Positions 38,001 through 45,750 of a DNA stretch of 64,000 bases are shown here, one piece after another (position 1 is the stretch's first letter; every line of letters starts with the position of its first letter). The translations under genes and the position numbers were made by a program. Below the pieces are notes generated by a model. It saw only the letters and a list, made by a program, of their open reading frames with translations. It made no database searches and was not told the origin of the DNA. Origin of the DNA: an uncultured virus (IMG/VR IMGVR_UViG_3300019287_000008) (lineage: Duplodnaviria; Heunggongvirae; Uroviricota; Caudoviricetes); IMG/VR virus record IMGVR_UViG_3300019287_000008; one strand, written 5' to 3'.

Positions 38001-40512
38001 TTTCGGAATCGGTAATGACGCAAGCGGTCAGTTGTCGGAATCCGTCTTTTTGGAAGCAGGACAGACCCACGCGTTCACGCTTTTTGCTCATGACGCAGGC
38101 GCGTTGCTCTACATCTATCAGACCGGGCGCATGAGCATGATTGACCTTTCGGAAATGTCGCTTGCATTCCATTTTGATGATTTGAGCAAGATGCAGCTTG
38201 CCGAAGAAATCATATTGGGTGGAGAGAAGCACACCGCGAATACTGCGCTCAACGGTTTCAATTCACTTGGCAACTTGACGCTCGGAGATATGCCGTTCCT
38301 GCGCCGACTTGACGTGAGCAACACAACGGCAACGAGCGTGGACGCAAAAGGCTGTCCGCGTATCGAGGCAATCATAGCCAACAACACGCCTCTGACAAAC
38401 TGCGACCTCGCGCAGACCGCGCCTATTGAAACGCTGACACTTCCTGCAAGCGTCACGAAACTGGAGCTTGTGAACCTGCCGAGGCTCACATATCCCGGCG
38501 GTCTAACTCTTGAAAGCGTCAATGGCATCAACCGCCTATGGGTGGAGGGGTGCGACTTCGTGGACGTAGAGGGTCTTGTAATGAACATAGCGCAGGCAGG
38601 AGCAATCCGCGAGGTGCGTATTCCCGACATCAACATGACGGCAAGCGTGTCGGTACTGCGTCAGTTGCGCAGGACCGGAGCCATAGGTCTTGACGCAACC
38701 GGCAAGGCATGCGAAGAGAGCGGTCAGTGTTCGGGTATCACAGGCCGCTGGATACTGTCGGAACTGATAGAAGATGAAGATGTGGACGGCAATGCAGGTC
38801 TTACTACCCTTGACCGCTATTTCCCCGAACTCACGCTCATCAACTCCCAGTTCTCCATGCTGAAGATTGATGACATCATCAGCGGAGATTTCTGCGAGAG
38901 ATACAGCAACCCAGAAAACGAGACAGGCGCGGAGTATAACAAAGCGTTTGTTCCAAGCGGTCACACCCTAAAAATCAAGCAGGGTACGCACGCCTATAAG
39001 TGTACATTCAACCCCAAACTCAACCAAATGGAAGGCGTTCAGTTGAGCGACACGGATTTCGGATATCTCAATTCGGGTGAGAGTTTCGACAACGCCGACC
39101 AAGCCGGAGAGGGTTTTGACATCTTCCACCATCTCCCACACCACTGGTATAAGGGTGTGAACGACTACAAGAACCAAAAGAAATACATCTTGTATTCTAC
39201 CACTGATGGCGAACCGCTATCAACAGTAAACAAGAGCTTGAAAGCAATGTTATCGGAACTGCTCTATGCAGAGAACACAGGCGTATATGCAGATGAAGCA
39301 CAAGCAGGTGAAATGATAGATGACAGCATTATCGCCACTGCTTCCAACACCAATGCCTATCGCATGGACGTTGAGGGTATGAAGCAGGTACGTTGGCCCG
39401 GACTGAACCACGCACGCCTCGGTGCTGTGTTCACTGACGCAGACGGACGGATTGTAGGTTCATTCATCATGCAGGTAAGCCATACCTACTTTGATTTCTC
39501 GATCGGCAACTATATCTTCTGCGATGTGCCGATCGGAGCGAAGTGGATGTACTTTACTTCATACCGCGATATCGGTGACATAATGTGCCTGGCAGTTGAC
39601 AGCGCACATATTGAAGCGATCGAACCCGAATGGACGGAACACACCGTAGGCGAAAACGACAGCCTTGTCGGTACATATCCGATAACAATTGACGGACTGA
39701 AGATGCCTCGCAGTCTTTCGGGTGCAGTTCGTTCCAAGAAAGGCAACGGCACATCTTCAACGTCATCAGAGTGGGCGTATGATTCGGATGGCAATCCGAC
39801 CGAAACGCCAGTCGGAACAATCAACTACACAGCAAAGGATTTCCAAAACAGCACTCGCAGACGTGGCCCCGGCTACCAGTTGCAGGACTATGAGCAGCAT
39901 AAGGAAATCAGCAATCTTTGGTGGGCTTTGGCCGGAACGACAAATGAGCAAGCAGTTGTGGGTAACGGCGCACATGACGCAACCCTAAATATTCGAGACA
40001 GCATAGGCATGGCGGATACTGTGTATGTAGGTAATGCCATGAACTCCATACTTGGTCTTAAACACTATGTCGGCTGTGATTCTGAATGGATGGATTACAT
40101 CGCCTGCAACGTGACAAGCTATGCTGAGTTCTATAAGAACCGCTGTCTTGACAATAATAACAACGCCCCGATTGACTATAAGGCGCACATCTATGACCCC
40201 GTGACAAAAACGGAACGAGTTGTGCAGACCGTAACTGGCAGCGGTCATTGCGTTGTGCGTGTTGTTCATGGCGCGAAATGTGACATTCTTGCAAGTAAGG
40301 TTCATCAGACCGACACAAGCAAATATACGACCCACTATGCGGCAGGACACTGGCTACCCGGCTCACGCGGCCGTGTTGTTTTGCGGTCGGGCAACCATTC
40401 GAATGCGTACAGCGGCCTCGCTTATGCGAACGCGAACGGCGCTTCGTCGAACTCGAGCTCGCACTACGGTGGTCGGCTCGCCTTCCGCGGAAAATTCGTC
40501 ATAGTCGGATAG
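32089..40512 (+). CDS. Large tail fibre / receptor-binding protein, DGR target (2807 aa)
   Basis: Fibre-like N-terminus (coiled coil, GLASLDANGKVPSAQLP), beta-rich domains, an LRR-like stretch (~38150-38650), and C-terminus RSGNHSNAYSGLAYANANGASSNSSSHYGGRLAF typical of C-type-lectin-fold DGR targets. Confidence 0.85.
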   Translation: MSQIKTTEIEGDVAIGRHVTAGGNATIQGNATVKKNLKIEGWLDARNIKGPNKGIFLDVTKLREAYPLPHDGWWALIGNTLPAPLYIADGGAWVATGESAGNPTIDSQQYNEAVAALDAELKALATDVSANKQSIDQIRTQIDTIGSSVNTLTTDVSGLKTRVTNAETSIQSINNSKGKANGLASLDANGKVPSAQLPGFVDDVVEFNAIVSDITPLAQSANKKSTDAGCMVVYDSDRNRFILAVSHLAIPDEQRTQWGEQILRPIKTLNTPATATAESVEALPLLNVVDYWELTDGTASLITSKFTYYNNWLDGGSFGEVDAKGRIPEGGKVYISTSDNKTYRWSGTQLVIIGNDLALGRTANTAFPGDEGAQLQENLKNTDNRLYDTANRLRNLGILLCDGQWDGTGTTPKSGVWLCPNEEGGWYFRSFGNTNFYDLPEEEYNSDMTYNSGCLYRMADGLYRIINDKLTMVGGASVGNTFNLTSEIPTSDPDKLFYQLNDPTDTKYYAPAIVYEQGKAGFGLQITFAVAHGAWKIYQYVGATLEKEDVLSSENWLDLAGMSAGAEAIVNVNEVCEDKDYTMSLAIQALIDLRDTTGVNYLKSGLVITYRRDSSKTPHAWETKQFRGQVQDISATNGDDLWPDFGGGGGSTFELGNEPEVNGTKALSTGGAYDMEQRSFGGLQIEPAPSDYIIQAVTKAGEPLGDSVKIPKSNGGGGQSGSTLTIYCDSAVWGAYGGKIVLSAAIKSVSYDGEDEVLGTIRSLSIIDPTTNIELWSEVVNQPSSTSANDLKFEFDFTEFITGASSKDYKIKATDADGNERTRVISVTAVDVTCTCVQAINYSAATALEAGGREKSLPMYKFENNVSTKQGILVTTEMFYNGEWRTLGTATVTDQYSHNISINPNNVFGNSEQLTHGAYPLRIQGKDIASGVTGNTIYTAVMCVDANNSTPIVVMRYDDRNEGKVRLYDSIALDVAAYTPGKTRTAIEVMIDGHIATTANCETSQTLNVTKQIQGYASDGSKSFDVYAQSGTSKSLTVTLTVEGSAIDAEVKEGALFAFDFSTRNNSETDHTIEDNGYSMNVSGSNWNSNGFVSVLGENVLRIAENVKAEIPYAPFSSSALETSGAAIQLAFSTKSIKDKDAMLCECYDPAAGVGFYIRGNEVVLTVLNGTPKRQRVGFKCGEKVTVAIVVEPGSKYVTYKASEASSGTNYSFVKLYVNGEECASIGYQPGTSALRQNRTITFNSENGDFNLNYIMAYNSYMEWLQAFRNYLCKLSDVRAMIAEYDKENVLDTTGKPSMSLMAAKGIPYYVIVADQTTFNNFDYALNGGTSTSDQFACTLYYFNPQHPEVNFKAVNVLWRRQGTTSAQRPIKNDRFNFNKKNKTTGLKATVTLLNPDDSTELGRNAIKAAADRKVFCAETGNFIDVVTVKVDYSDSSNANDCGVCDMMNATFRSLGSSYMTPAQRAFDGRQILSNGDVITGRQMDHSTKNHPIACFRATTDTLQDAWFHAKGNWKEDKGEQTALGFKDTPGYNKGCLNYGDFVEYFGTPDETLAQTEARFKADPETNTEAAQKNVYLISQYCGRDYAIYRYKNGAWTRSTGSMKQVDGMWVVTGDVLNPVSGYELLQYAGMDWWQGVATIEDMMKPSTQISSWVRKLGLAATEYPAWTYYFECMIDDDQLQEDLALGKKVPYDLFNMLRFFNSCDYSKVNGWEKIWRENAYRYMSLESAMAYTAFTDYLAAVDQRAKNMQPMFFLEDGCSVENGVYSGYRNMEPTRMYLNKVYDCDTCNGADNDGGRDIDAEVDPNKMTDEATGYTNPYMGYGSVLFNNMDRQQECWNSNDLGTTTISLKSVVNRMRNQTAQIDGKTIVPFSPDGALYFFVEKRLMFWPKVISSYDGERKYIDNTGIANQPYFYALHGLGLTSLPRFIEQRWAIRDGYYQTGDFFTNPLSGRVSAIKADSKIYITAAAPGYFGIGNDASGQLSESVFLEAGQTHAFTLFAHDAGALLYIYQTGRMSMIDLSEMSLAFHFDDLSKMQLAEEIILGGEKHTANTALNGFNSLGNLTLGDMPFLRRLDVSNTTATSVDAKGCPRIEAIIANNTPLTNCDLAQTAPIETLTLPASVTKLELVNLPRLTYPGGLTLESVNGINRLWVEGCDFVDVEGLVMNIAQAGAIREVRIPDINMTASVSVLRQLRRTGAIGLDATGKACEESGQCSGITGRWILSELIEDEDVDGNAGLTTLDRYFPELTLINSQFSMLKIDDIISGDFCERYSNPENETGAEYNKAFVPSGHTLKIKQGTHAYKCTFNPKLNQMEGVQLSDTDFGYLNSGESFDNADQAGEGFDIFHHLPHHWYKGVNDYKNQKKYILYSTTDGEPLSTVNKSLKAMLSELLYAENTGVYADEAQAGEMIDDSIIATASNTNAYRMDVEGMKQVRWPGLNHARLGAVFTDADGRIVGSFIMQVSHTYFDFSIGNYIFCDVPIGAKWMYFTSYRDIGDIMCLAVDSAHIEAIEPEWTEHTVGENDSLVGTYPITIDGLKMPRSLSGAVRSKKGNGTSSTSSEWAYDSDGNPTETPVGTINYTAKDFQNSTRRRGPGYQLQDYEQHKEISNLWWALAGTTNEQAVVGNGAHDATLNIRDSIGMADTVYVGNAMNSILGLKHYVGCDSEWMDYIACNVTSYAEFYKNRCLDNNNNAPIDYKAHIYDPVTKTERVVQTVTGSGHCVVRVVHGAKCDILASKVHQTDTSKYTTHYAAGHWLPGSRGRVVLRSGNHSNAYSGLAYANANGASSNSSSHYGGRLAFRGKFVIVG
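40370..40485 (+). repeat. DGR variable repeat (VR)
   Basis: 116-bp ungapped match to 40656-40771; 11 of 12 mismatches are at TR adenines. Confidence 0.97.
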
Positions 40513-40532
40513 CGTAAGCGGACACGAATCAC

Positions 40533-40599
40533 GAAAAGCGCAGAGGGAGAACCGACCATCGGGAGGTTGCTCCCTCTGCGCTTTTCTCGCGTAAGCGAG
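40533..40599. promoter_or_regulatory. Hairpins downstream of VR (DGR target-recognition element and/or terminator)
   Basis: Perfect 17-bp stem 40533-40549/40570-40586; second hairpin CTCGC-GTAA-GCGAG at 40586-40599. Confidence 0.75.
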
Positions 40600-40620
40600 T
40601 CGAGTTCGGAGATTTTTTCG

Positions 40621-40628
40621 TAACTTTG
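40621..40628 (+). promoter_or_regulatory. Probable -7 promoter element for the TR-RT transcript
   Basis: TAACTTTG matches the Bacteroidetes TAnnTTTG consensus, 28 bp upstream of TR. Confidence 0.55.
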
Positions 40629-40655
40629 CACCTTGAAAGGCAGATAACCCCGCGC

Positions 40656-40771
40656 GCCGTGTGGTTTTGCGGTCGGGCAACAATTCGAATGCGAACAGCG
40701 GCCTCGCTTATGCGAACGCGAACAACGCTTCATCGAACTCGAACACGAACTACGGTGGTCGGCTCAAATTC
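40656..40771 (+). ncRNA. DGR template repeat (TR)
   Basis: Adenine-retaining copy of VR with 10 AAC/AAT codons in the VR frame; lies between target gene and RT; followed by hairpins at 40804-40818 and 40830-40849. Confidence 0.95.
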
Positions 40772-40864
40772 TGAATGGTTAGAACAATCGGATGACCCTG
40801 CACGCCTGCGAGACAGGCAAGGCATTTCTCCGAGGGGTTTGCGCCTCGGCAACAGCATAACAAT

Positions 40865-42013
40865 ATGGAAAGCCGGAAGAACATTATAACCAAACGTGGA
40901 GAGGGGCAATGCCTCTCTCCACAGGACCGGAAGGCGGTCACTGACATAGCAACATTCATGGAGTTGACCGAGGATTGCCCCTCGGTCAACTATCCTTTAT
41001 GCAACCTTATCCCAGAGATAATAGCCGAAGACAATATCATATCTTCGTTCAACCGCGTGATAAAAAACCTGCGCCAATCGGCCACCGATGCCGAGAAGAA
41101 AGATTGTGTTGTGATAGACGGCAACGAGTACACACGCAGGCAAGCACGGTATATACGGCAAAAGGATGCCATCGTAGCGTATCTCAAACAGTCAATCAAG
41201 AGCGGAGATTTCCGCATAAGCAAACTGACATCGTTTGCGACCAAAGACGGTCCGAAAATGAGGATAGTCCAAGCTCCAATTGTTGTAGAACGCATGGGAA
41301 GCAATAGCATAATGGAGGTTATTGAGAAACGTCTTGCTCCAGTATTGATAAAAAGCACTGCCGCCTCTATAAAAGGACGCGGGCCACATGGTCTGTTCCA
41401 TGAGATACAAGATGCGATAAAGGTTAACCCTAATCTAAAATACTACTATCAGACAGATTATCAAGGCTACTATGACAACATCATCCATGATAGGATGATT
41501 ACCGTGATAGAACGGTACATATCAGACCCAGTGCTGTTACCAATACTGCATAATTTTGTGAAAGCCCTGCACCCCGACGGCGATGTCGGAATCAGCAAAG
41601 GGCTACGCTCATCGCAGTTTTTCGGCAACTTGTATCTCAACGACCTCGACCACGCCATGATAGAGAAACACGGTGCAGCTTACTATTTCAGATTTTGTGA
41701 CGATACGTTTATACTGGCAGAAAGTAAAAAGGAGTTATGGAGATTAAGGGAGTGCTTACATGAAGAGAGTGCCAAACTTGGACTGACAATAAAGTCCAGT
41801 GAAAGGATTGCGCCCATATCGGCAGGCATGGACGCACTCGGCTATGTGAATTTCGGAGACTATGCCCGGATACGCAGACGCACAAAGCAGAACGCGGCCC
41901 GTAAACTGGCAAAGATAAAGTCTCGAAAACGCAGACAAGAAATCATCGGCTCATTCAAAGGCATGGCTTGCCATGCAGATTGTAAGTATATTTTTTCACT
42001 TAATCACAGGTAA
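40865..42013 (+). CDS. DGR reverse transcriptase (start may be 40958)
   Basis: SIKGRGPH, YYYQTDYQGYYDNI, DGR-type KGLRSSQ, YFRFCDD catalytic motif, DALGY; directly downstream of TR. Confidence 0.95.
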   Translation: MESRKNIITKRGEGQCLSPQDRKAVTDIATFMELTEDCPSVNYPLCNLIPEIIAEDNIISSFNRVIKNLRQSATDAEKKDCVVIDGNEYTRRQARYIRQKDAIVAYLKQSIKSGDFRISKLTSFATKDGPKMRIVQAPIVVERMGSNSIMEVIEKRLAPVLIKSTAASIKGRGPHGLFHEIQDAIKVNPNLKYYYQTDYQGYYDNIIHDRMITVIERYISDPVLLPILHNFVKALHPDGDVGISKGLRSSQFFGNLYLNDLDHAMIEKHGAAYYFRFCDDTFILAESKKELWRLRECLHEESAKLGLTIKSSERIAPISAGMDALGYVNFGDYARIRRRTKQNAARKLAKIKSRKRRQEIIGSFKGMACHADCKYIFSLNHR

Positions 42014-42017
42014 ACGT

Positions 42018-42350
42018 ATGAAAAAGTTTTCTGAACTGGGAGTGACCTACACTCCTGCAGACGGGAAGAAACGCTTTCCCGGAAAGGTGATGCGCTTGGG
42101 CGCAATCCAAAACAAAGCGTTAGAGATACACGATTATGAGGTAGGCATGAACACATCACAGGGCGATGACCGATACCTTGTTTCTTTCAAAGACAAGGCT
42201 ACCGGCGAGTGGGGCAAGTTCTTCACCGCGAGCGAAGAGATGAAGAATATCCTTGACCAAATCTCGGACATCGAGGACGGCTTTCCCTTTGAGACCACCA
42301 TCGTTAGCGAAATCTTTGACGGCAACAAGCAAAAGTTCTCGTTTACCTGA
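42018..42350 (+). CDS. RT-associated domain (110 aa from ATG 42018); possibly the frameshifted C-terminus of the RT
   Basis: Its frame is open upstream across the RT 3' end; removing one T from T6 (41991-41996) fuses it to the RT. Confidence 0.7.
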   Translation: MKKFSELGVTYTPADGKKRFPGKVMRLGAIQNKALEIHDYEVGMNTSQGDDRYLVSFKDKATGEWGKFFTASEEMKNILDQISDIEDGFPFETTIVSEIFDGNKQKFSFT

Positions 42351-42371
42351 TGTCTTTTCGGTGATACGTCA

Positions 42372-42413
42372 CTAAACTTAAAAGGGTCTGCGCGGAGCAG
42401 GCCCTTATCTTTG
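42372..42413 (+). promoter_or_regulatory. Promoter with a hairpin in its spacer
   Basis: CTAAACTTAAA (42372-42382) plus TATCTTTG (42406-42413); stem AAGGGTCTGC/GCAGGCCCTT between them. Confidence 0.65.
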
Positions 42414-42434
42414 TGCCAAAAATCTGATATTGAT

Positions 42435-42926
42435 ATGGAAAAGATTTATGGCACAACCATACGGCAGGACGGACTGCAACGTATAGGACGCGATACATGG
42501 GTGCTTTTCTTTGGACTTTATGAGACAACGGACGGAGGCACATACGAATATCGCCATACGTTCAAGCACCGCCCCACACTTGACGAGATAAAGGCAGTCA
42601 TCAACGCGCAGTTGTCTGCGGACGCTGACGAGCGCAAGCGCAACGGGTTCTCATGGCAGGGCGTACCGGTCCGCTACGATGAGGAAGCGGAGCGCAACAT
42701 AACCGGGCTATCGGTAAAGATACCGAGGCTTGGAGCTGCGATGTTTCCTCTGCAATTCAAACTGGGCGATTACCCGGACGGTAGTCCTGCTTTCTATGAG
42801 TTCAAGGACGCAGAAGAATTTGAGAGTTTCACGGACGCTCTTCTGTTGTTCTCGCAGGAATGCTATGCGCAGGCGTGGCAAGCCAAAGCGGAAATAGACT
42901 GGAATAAATTTACTGACGCGCTATGA
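42435..42926 (+). CDS. DUF4376-like protein (possible tail-fibre assembly factor)
   Basis: HRPTLDEIKAVI...FSWQGVPV...YAQAWQAK pattern; position after the tail/DGR locus. Confidence 0.5.
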   Translation: MEKIYGTTIRQDGLQRIGRDTWVLFFGLYETTDGGTYEYRHTFKHRPTLDEIKAVINAQLSADADERKRNGFSWQGVPVRYDEEAERNITGLSVKIPRLGAAMFPLQFKLGDYPDGSPAFYEFKDAEEFESFTDALLLFSQECYAQAWQAKAEIDWNKFTDAL

Positions 42927-43408
42927 TGATTGCAGACTTTATATGCGTGACGTTATCGTGCGCCATAATGACGTTGTACCTCACGGCGTACATTCTCAAT
43001 GTCGGCTTGCCAAGTTCGATCAGCGAGACCTACTACCATACTGAGGCGAAATGGCTCTTCCCGACCAGCACAGCCACAGCAGGGGCATTGGCTCTTGTAC
43101 CTCTCATGAACATAACCCCCGACAGCTATCAGTTTGTTGCTTTCTTTATTGTCGTTTCCATATTGTTTGTGGCGGCCGTTCCTGCATTCCGCGAGGAACT
43201 GACAAACATGGTACACAGCGGAGCCGCCATAATACTGGGTGTGTCGGCATTTGCATGGCTCATACTGACAAGCGGAGTGCCATACATAGCAATCACAGCA
43301 ATACTGGCAGGACTACTGTTTGACCGCAGACGCTTTGTGTTTTGGCTTGAGGTCGGACTGCTATACAACCTATACACATCGCTTATTTTGATACTTTCAT
43401 CTTGTTAA
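42923..43408 (+). CDS. Multi-pass membrane protein
   Basis: About five hydrophobic segments; PSSISETYY motif. Confidence 0.7.
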   Translation: MMIADFICVTLSCAIMTLYLTAYILNVGLPSSISETYYHTEAKWLFPTSTATAGALALVPLMNITPDSYQFVAFFIVVSILFVAAVPAFREELTNMVHSGAAIILGVSAFAWLILTSGVPYIAITAILAGLLFDRRRFVFWLEVGLLYNLYTSLILILSSC

Positions 43409-43415
43409 TGAGTGG

Positions 43416-43442
43416 ACGGCGCAGGATTGCTTCCTGCGCCGT
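43416..43442. terminator. Hairpin
   Basis: Perfect 11-bp stem ACGGCGCAGGA/TCCTGCGCCGT. Confidence 0.6.
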
Positions 43443-43457
43443 ACTTGTATCATATCA

Positions 43458-43499
43458 CAAAAGTTAAAGAGTGGCAGGGATTGTATATGGGTAACTTTG
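43458..43499 (+). promoter_or_regulatory. Promoter for the lysis operon
   Basis: CAAAAGTTAAA (43458-43468) plus TAACTTTG (43492-43499). Confidence 0.65.
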
Positions 43500-43522
43500 C
43501 GCCAAACCAAAAATTACACATC

Positions 43523-43972
43523 ATGGAATCAATCTTATCACTTGACAAATTCTATCTGTTCCTCGGCATATTCCTCGCCGTGTGCATACTGGTAATTGTT
43601 GCCATTATGCTTGACCTTTGGGATGGAGTACACACGGCGAAGAAAACCAATCAGCGGGTACACTCCCACAAATTGAGAGTGACTATCGCCAAAATGTGCG
43701 AATATTGGCGATTCATCTTAATAGGCTTTCTTGTGGACTGTATCGGTGTGTTCTTCAGTTTCTACTTCATGCCGTTTGTAGTTGTGCTGTTTGGTGTCGG
43801 ACTGATTGTAGTAGAGGCAAAGAGTATGTTTGAACACGCCACCCGGCGTAAGAGCCACATGGCCGAATTGCCTGACATCATCAAGCGTATCGTAGAATGT
43901 GCGCATGAAAAGGACGCTCAGAAGATACTGGAGCAGTTTACAACAATATCAGACACATCAAATCATCACTAA
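43523..43972 (+). CDS. Holin
   Basis: Transmembrane segments and DLWDGV...SHKLRVT...EAKSMFEH holin-like pattern; directly upstream of the endolysin. Confidence 0.75.
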   Translation: MESILSLDKFYLFLGIFLAVCILVIVAIMLDLWDGVHTAKKTNQRVHSHKLRVTIAKMCEYWRFILIGFLVDCIGVFFSFYFMPFVVVLFGVGLIVVEAKSMFEHATRRKSHMAELPDIIKRIVECAHEKDAQKILEQFTTISDTSNHH

Positions 43973-43979
43973 CTGAAAC

Positions 43980-44636
43980 ATGATAGTTCTTATTGACAAC
44001 GGACACGGGAGCGACACCCCCGGCAAATGTAGCCCCGACCAAAAACTAAAAGAGTATCTCAAAAGCCGGGAGATAGCACGGAGACTGGAAACATTGTTGA
44101 ATCTGCGAATGGTAGATGCTCGACTGCTCGTTGAGGAAGATAAAGACATCAGCCTGCCCGAACGATGCCGCAGAGCAAACGCATACTGCGACAAGTACGG
44201 CAAAGAGAATGTTCTGCTTGTTTCAATCCACTGCAACGCCGCAGGAGCGGACGGACAATGGAAGAGTGCAGGCGGTTGGTGTGTCTATACCTCGCCGGGC
44301 AAGACCAAGGCAGATGACCTCGCCACCGAGATATGGAACGCGGCCGATGAACGTCTCAAAAACTACAAAGAGCGTTTCACCATATTGCAGGCGCAGGGCG
44401 CATACGACAGCAAGCAGAAACCCATGAGGGCAGACTGGAGTGACGGCGACCCCGACTATGAGGCACGCTTCTACATTCTCGTCCACACTAAATGTCCGGC
44501 AGTGCTGACGGAGTCGCTTTTCCAAGACAACAAGGCTGACTGCGACTTCCTGCTCTCGGAAGAGGGAACAAAAGCGATAGTGGAACTCCACGCTAACGGA
44601 ATCATCAACTACATCAAAAAGGTTAAGAACACATGA
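43980..44636 (+). CDS. Endolysin, N-acetylmuramoyl-L-alanine amidase (Amidase_3)
   Basis: IDNGHG, LKE, VSIHCNA and PAVLTESLF motifs. Confidence 0.92.
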   Translation: MIVLIDNGHGSDTPGKCSPDQKLKEYLKSREIARRLETLLNLRMVDARLLVEEDKDISLPERCRRANAYCDKYGKENVLLVSIHCNAAGADGQWKSAGGWCVYTSPGKTKADDLATEIWNAADERLKNYKERFTILQAQGAYDSKQKPMRADWSDGDPDYEARFYILVHTKCPAVLTESLFQDNKADCDFLLSEEGTKAIVELHANGIINYIKKVKNT

Positions 44637-45181
44637 AAGATTTTCTGAAGATACTCTTGGTTGTAGTCGCAAGTCTTGTGGCAGGCGCGTATCTCCACAA
44701 GTGCCAATCGCCTCCGGGCGACATCCCAGGCCGAGAGGATTGTGTGATGGATACAGTCAAGGTATATGATACCATTTCCTACATCGAGCCTGCGCCGGTG
44801 TCAACAACTCCGATAGGCTTTATCAACGTGACTATTCCGGCTCCTGCTATCCCCAGTGCGAACCTTGACAGTCTGCCCGACATAAGAGCGGACACCGCAG
44901 AACTGGCAAGCGCAGACGTTGACGCGACAGCCCCCGACAGCCTGACATTACAGCTGCCAATCACGCAGAACGTCTATGAAGGAGAGGACTACAAGGCATA
45001 CGTCAGCGGTATGTATCCGAGCCTTGACAGCCTGTTCGTATATCCCCGGCGCGAGATAGTGACAATTAAGAAGCCACCCAAGAGATGGCATATAGGACCG
45101 ACTGTCGGTTTTGGCTATACTCCACACGGCTTTGAACCATTTATAGGGGTCAGTCTGACCTTTTCAATCATTGAATTATAA
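44633..45181 (+). CDS. Putative spanin-like protein
   Basis: N-terminal anchor and C-terminal beta-hairpin (WHIGPTVGFGY...PFIGVSLTF); follows the endolysin. Confidence 0.55.
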   Translation: MKDFLKILLVVVASLVAGAYLHKCQSPPGDIPGREDCVMDTVKVYDTISYIEPAPVSTTPIGFINVTIPAPAIPSANLDSLPDIRADTAELASADVDATAPDSLTLQLPITQNVYEGEDYKAYVSGMYPSLDSLFVYPRREIVTIKKPPKRWHIGPTVGFGYTPHGFEPFIGVSLTFSIIEL

Positions 45182-45726
45182 TGGAAACGATTACAATACA
45201 AATATTTCAAGACGATGTGTATGAAGAGGTAGCCAAAGCCACAGACTACACAGGGTCAAAACTGATAGACGGCGATGATGGCGCGCGCGACCGCATACTT
45301 GCGGCAGATGATGATCTTGCCGAACTCAGCAGATTTTGGGAAGAATCGGTGCTTGCCACCAATGAAAACCTCAAAGAGATGCTGGTATCGGGCAAGACAA
45401 AACGAATAACCGCCACGCTCAATCCAATCTACCCAGTGCAGGGAACAACCAGTGAGCCAGCCACACAAGCAGGCATAGTCATTCCGGTAATCGGGAAGAT
45501 AGGCTATGAAGCCGTCATCGAAGTAAGCAAATCGTTTGACAAGGTTCTGACGGCAAGCGTACAATCAACCCTGCGCAGCTTCTTCATTGCTTCAATCATC
45601 GGACAATGGTTCAAGTTTGCCAATAAGGGAGAAGCTAAAGACTACTTCACGCAGGCGGCCGACATGATGGAGACCGCCGAGCGACTGTTGTACAGCCGCA
45701 GGAAGCCGACACGTCCAACAGACTAA
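45181..45726 (+). CDS. Putative structural (adaptor/ring-like) protein, paralog 1
   Basis: Shares N- and C-terminal helical patterns with the next two ORFs. Confidence 0.55.
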   Translation: METITIQIFQDDVYEEVAKATDYTGSKLIDGDDGARDRILAADDDLAELSRFWEESVLATNENLKEMLVSGKTKRITATLNPIYPVQGTTSEPATQAGIVIPVIGKIGYEAVIEVSKSFDKVLTASVQSTLRSFFIASIIGQWFKFANKGEAKDYFTQAADMMETAERLLYSRRKPTRPTD

Positions 45727-45750
45727 CAATAATCTAAATAATATCAAACT

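Noticed and set aside
40626..40889. 87-aa ORF across TR as a possible avd gene
   Set aside because: It is an off-frame translation of TR, mirrored by the same off-frame peptide over VR, with no Avd-like character.
40865..42013. RT as a group II intron, retron or Abi RT
   Set aside because: The adjacent TR/VR pair and GxxSSQ motif fit a DGR; no maturase/endonuclease domain or msr-msd seen.
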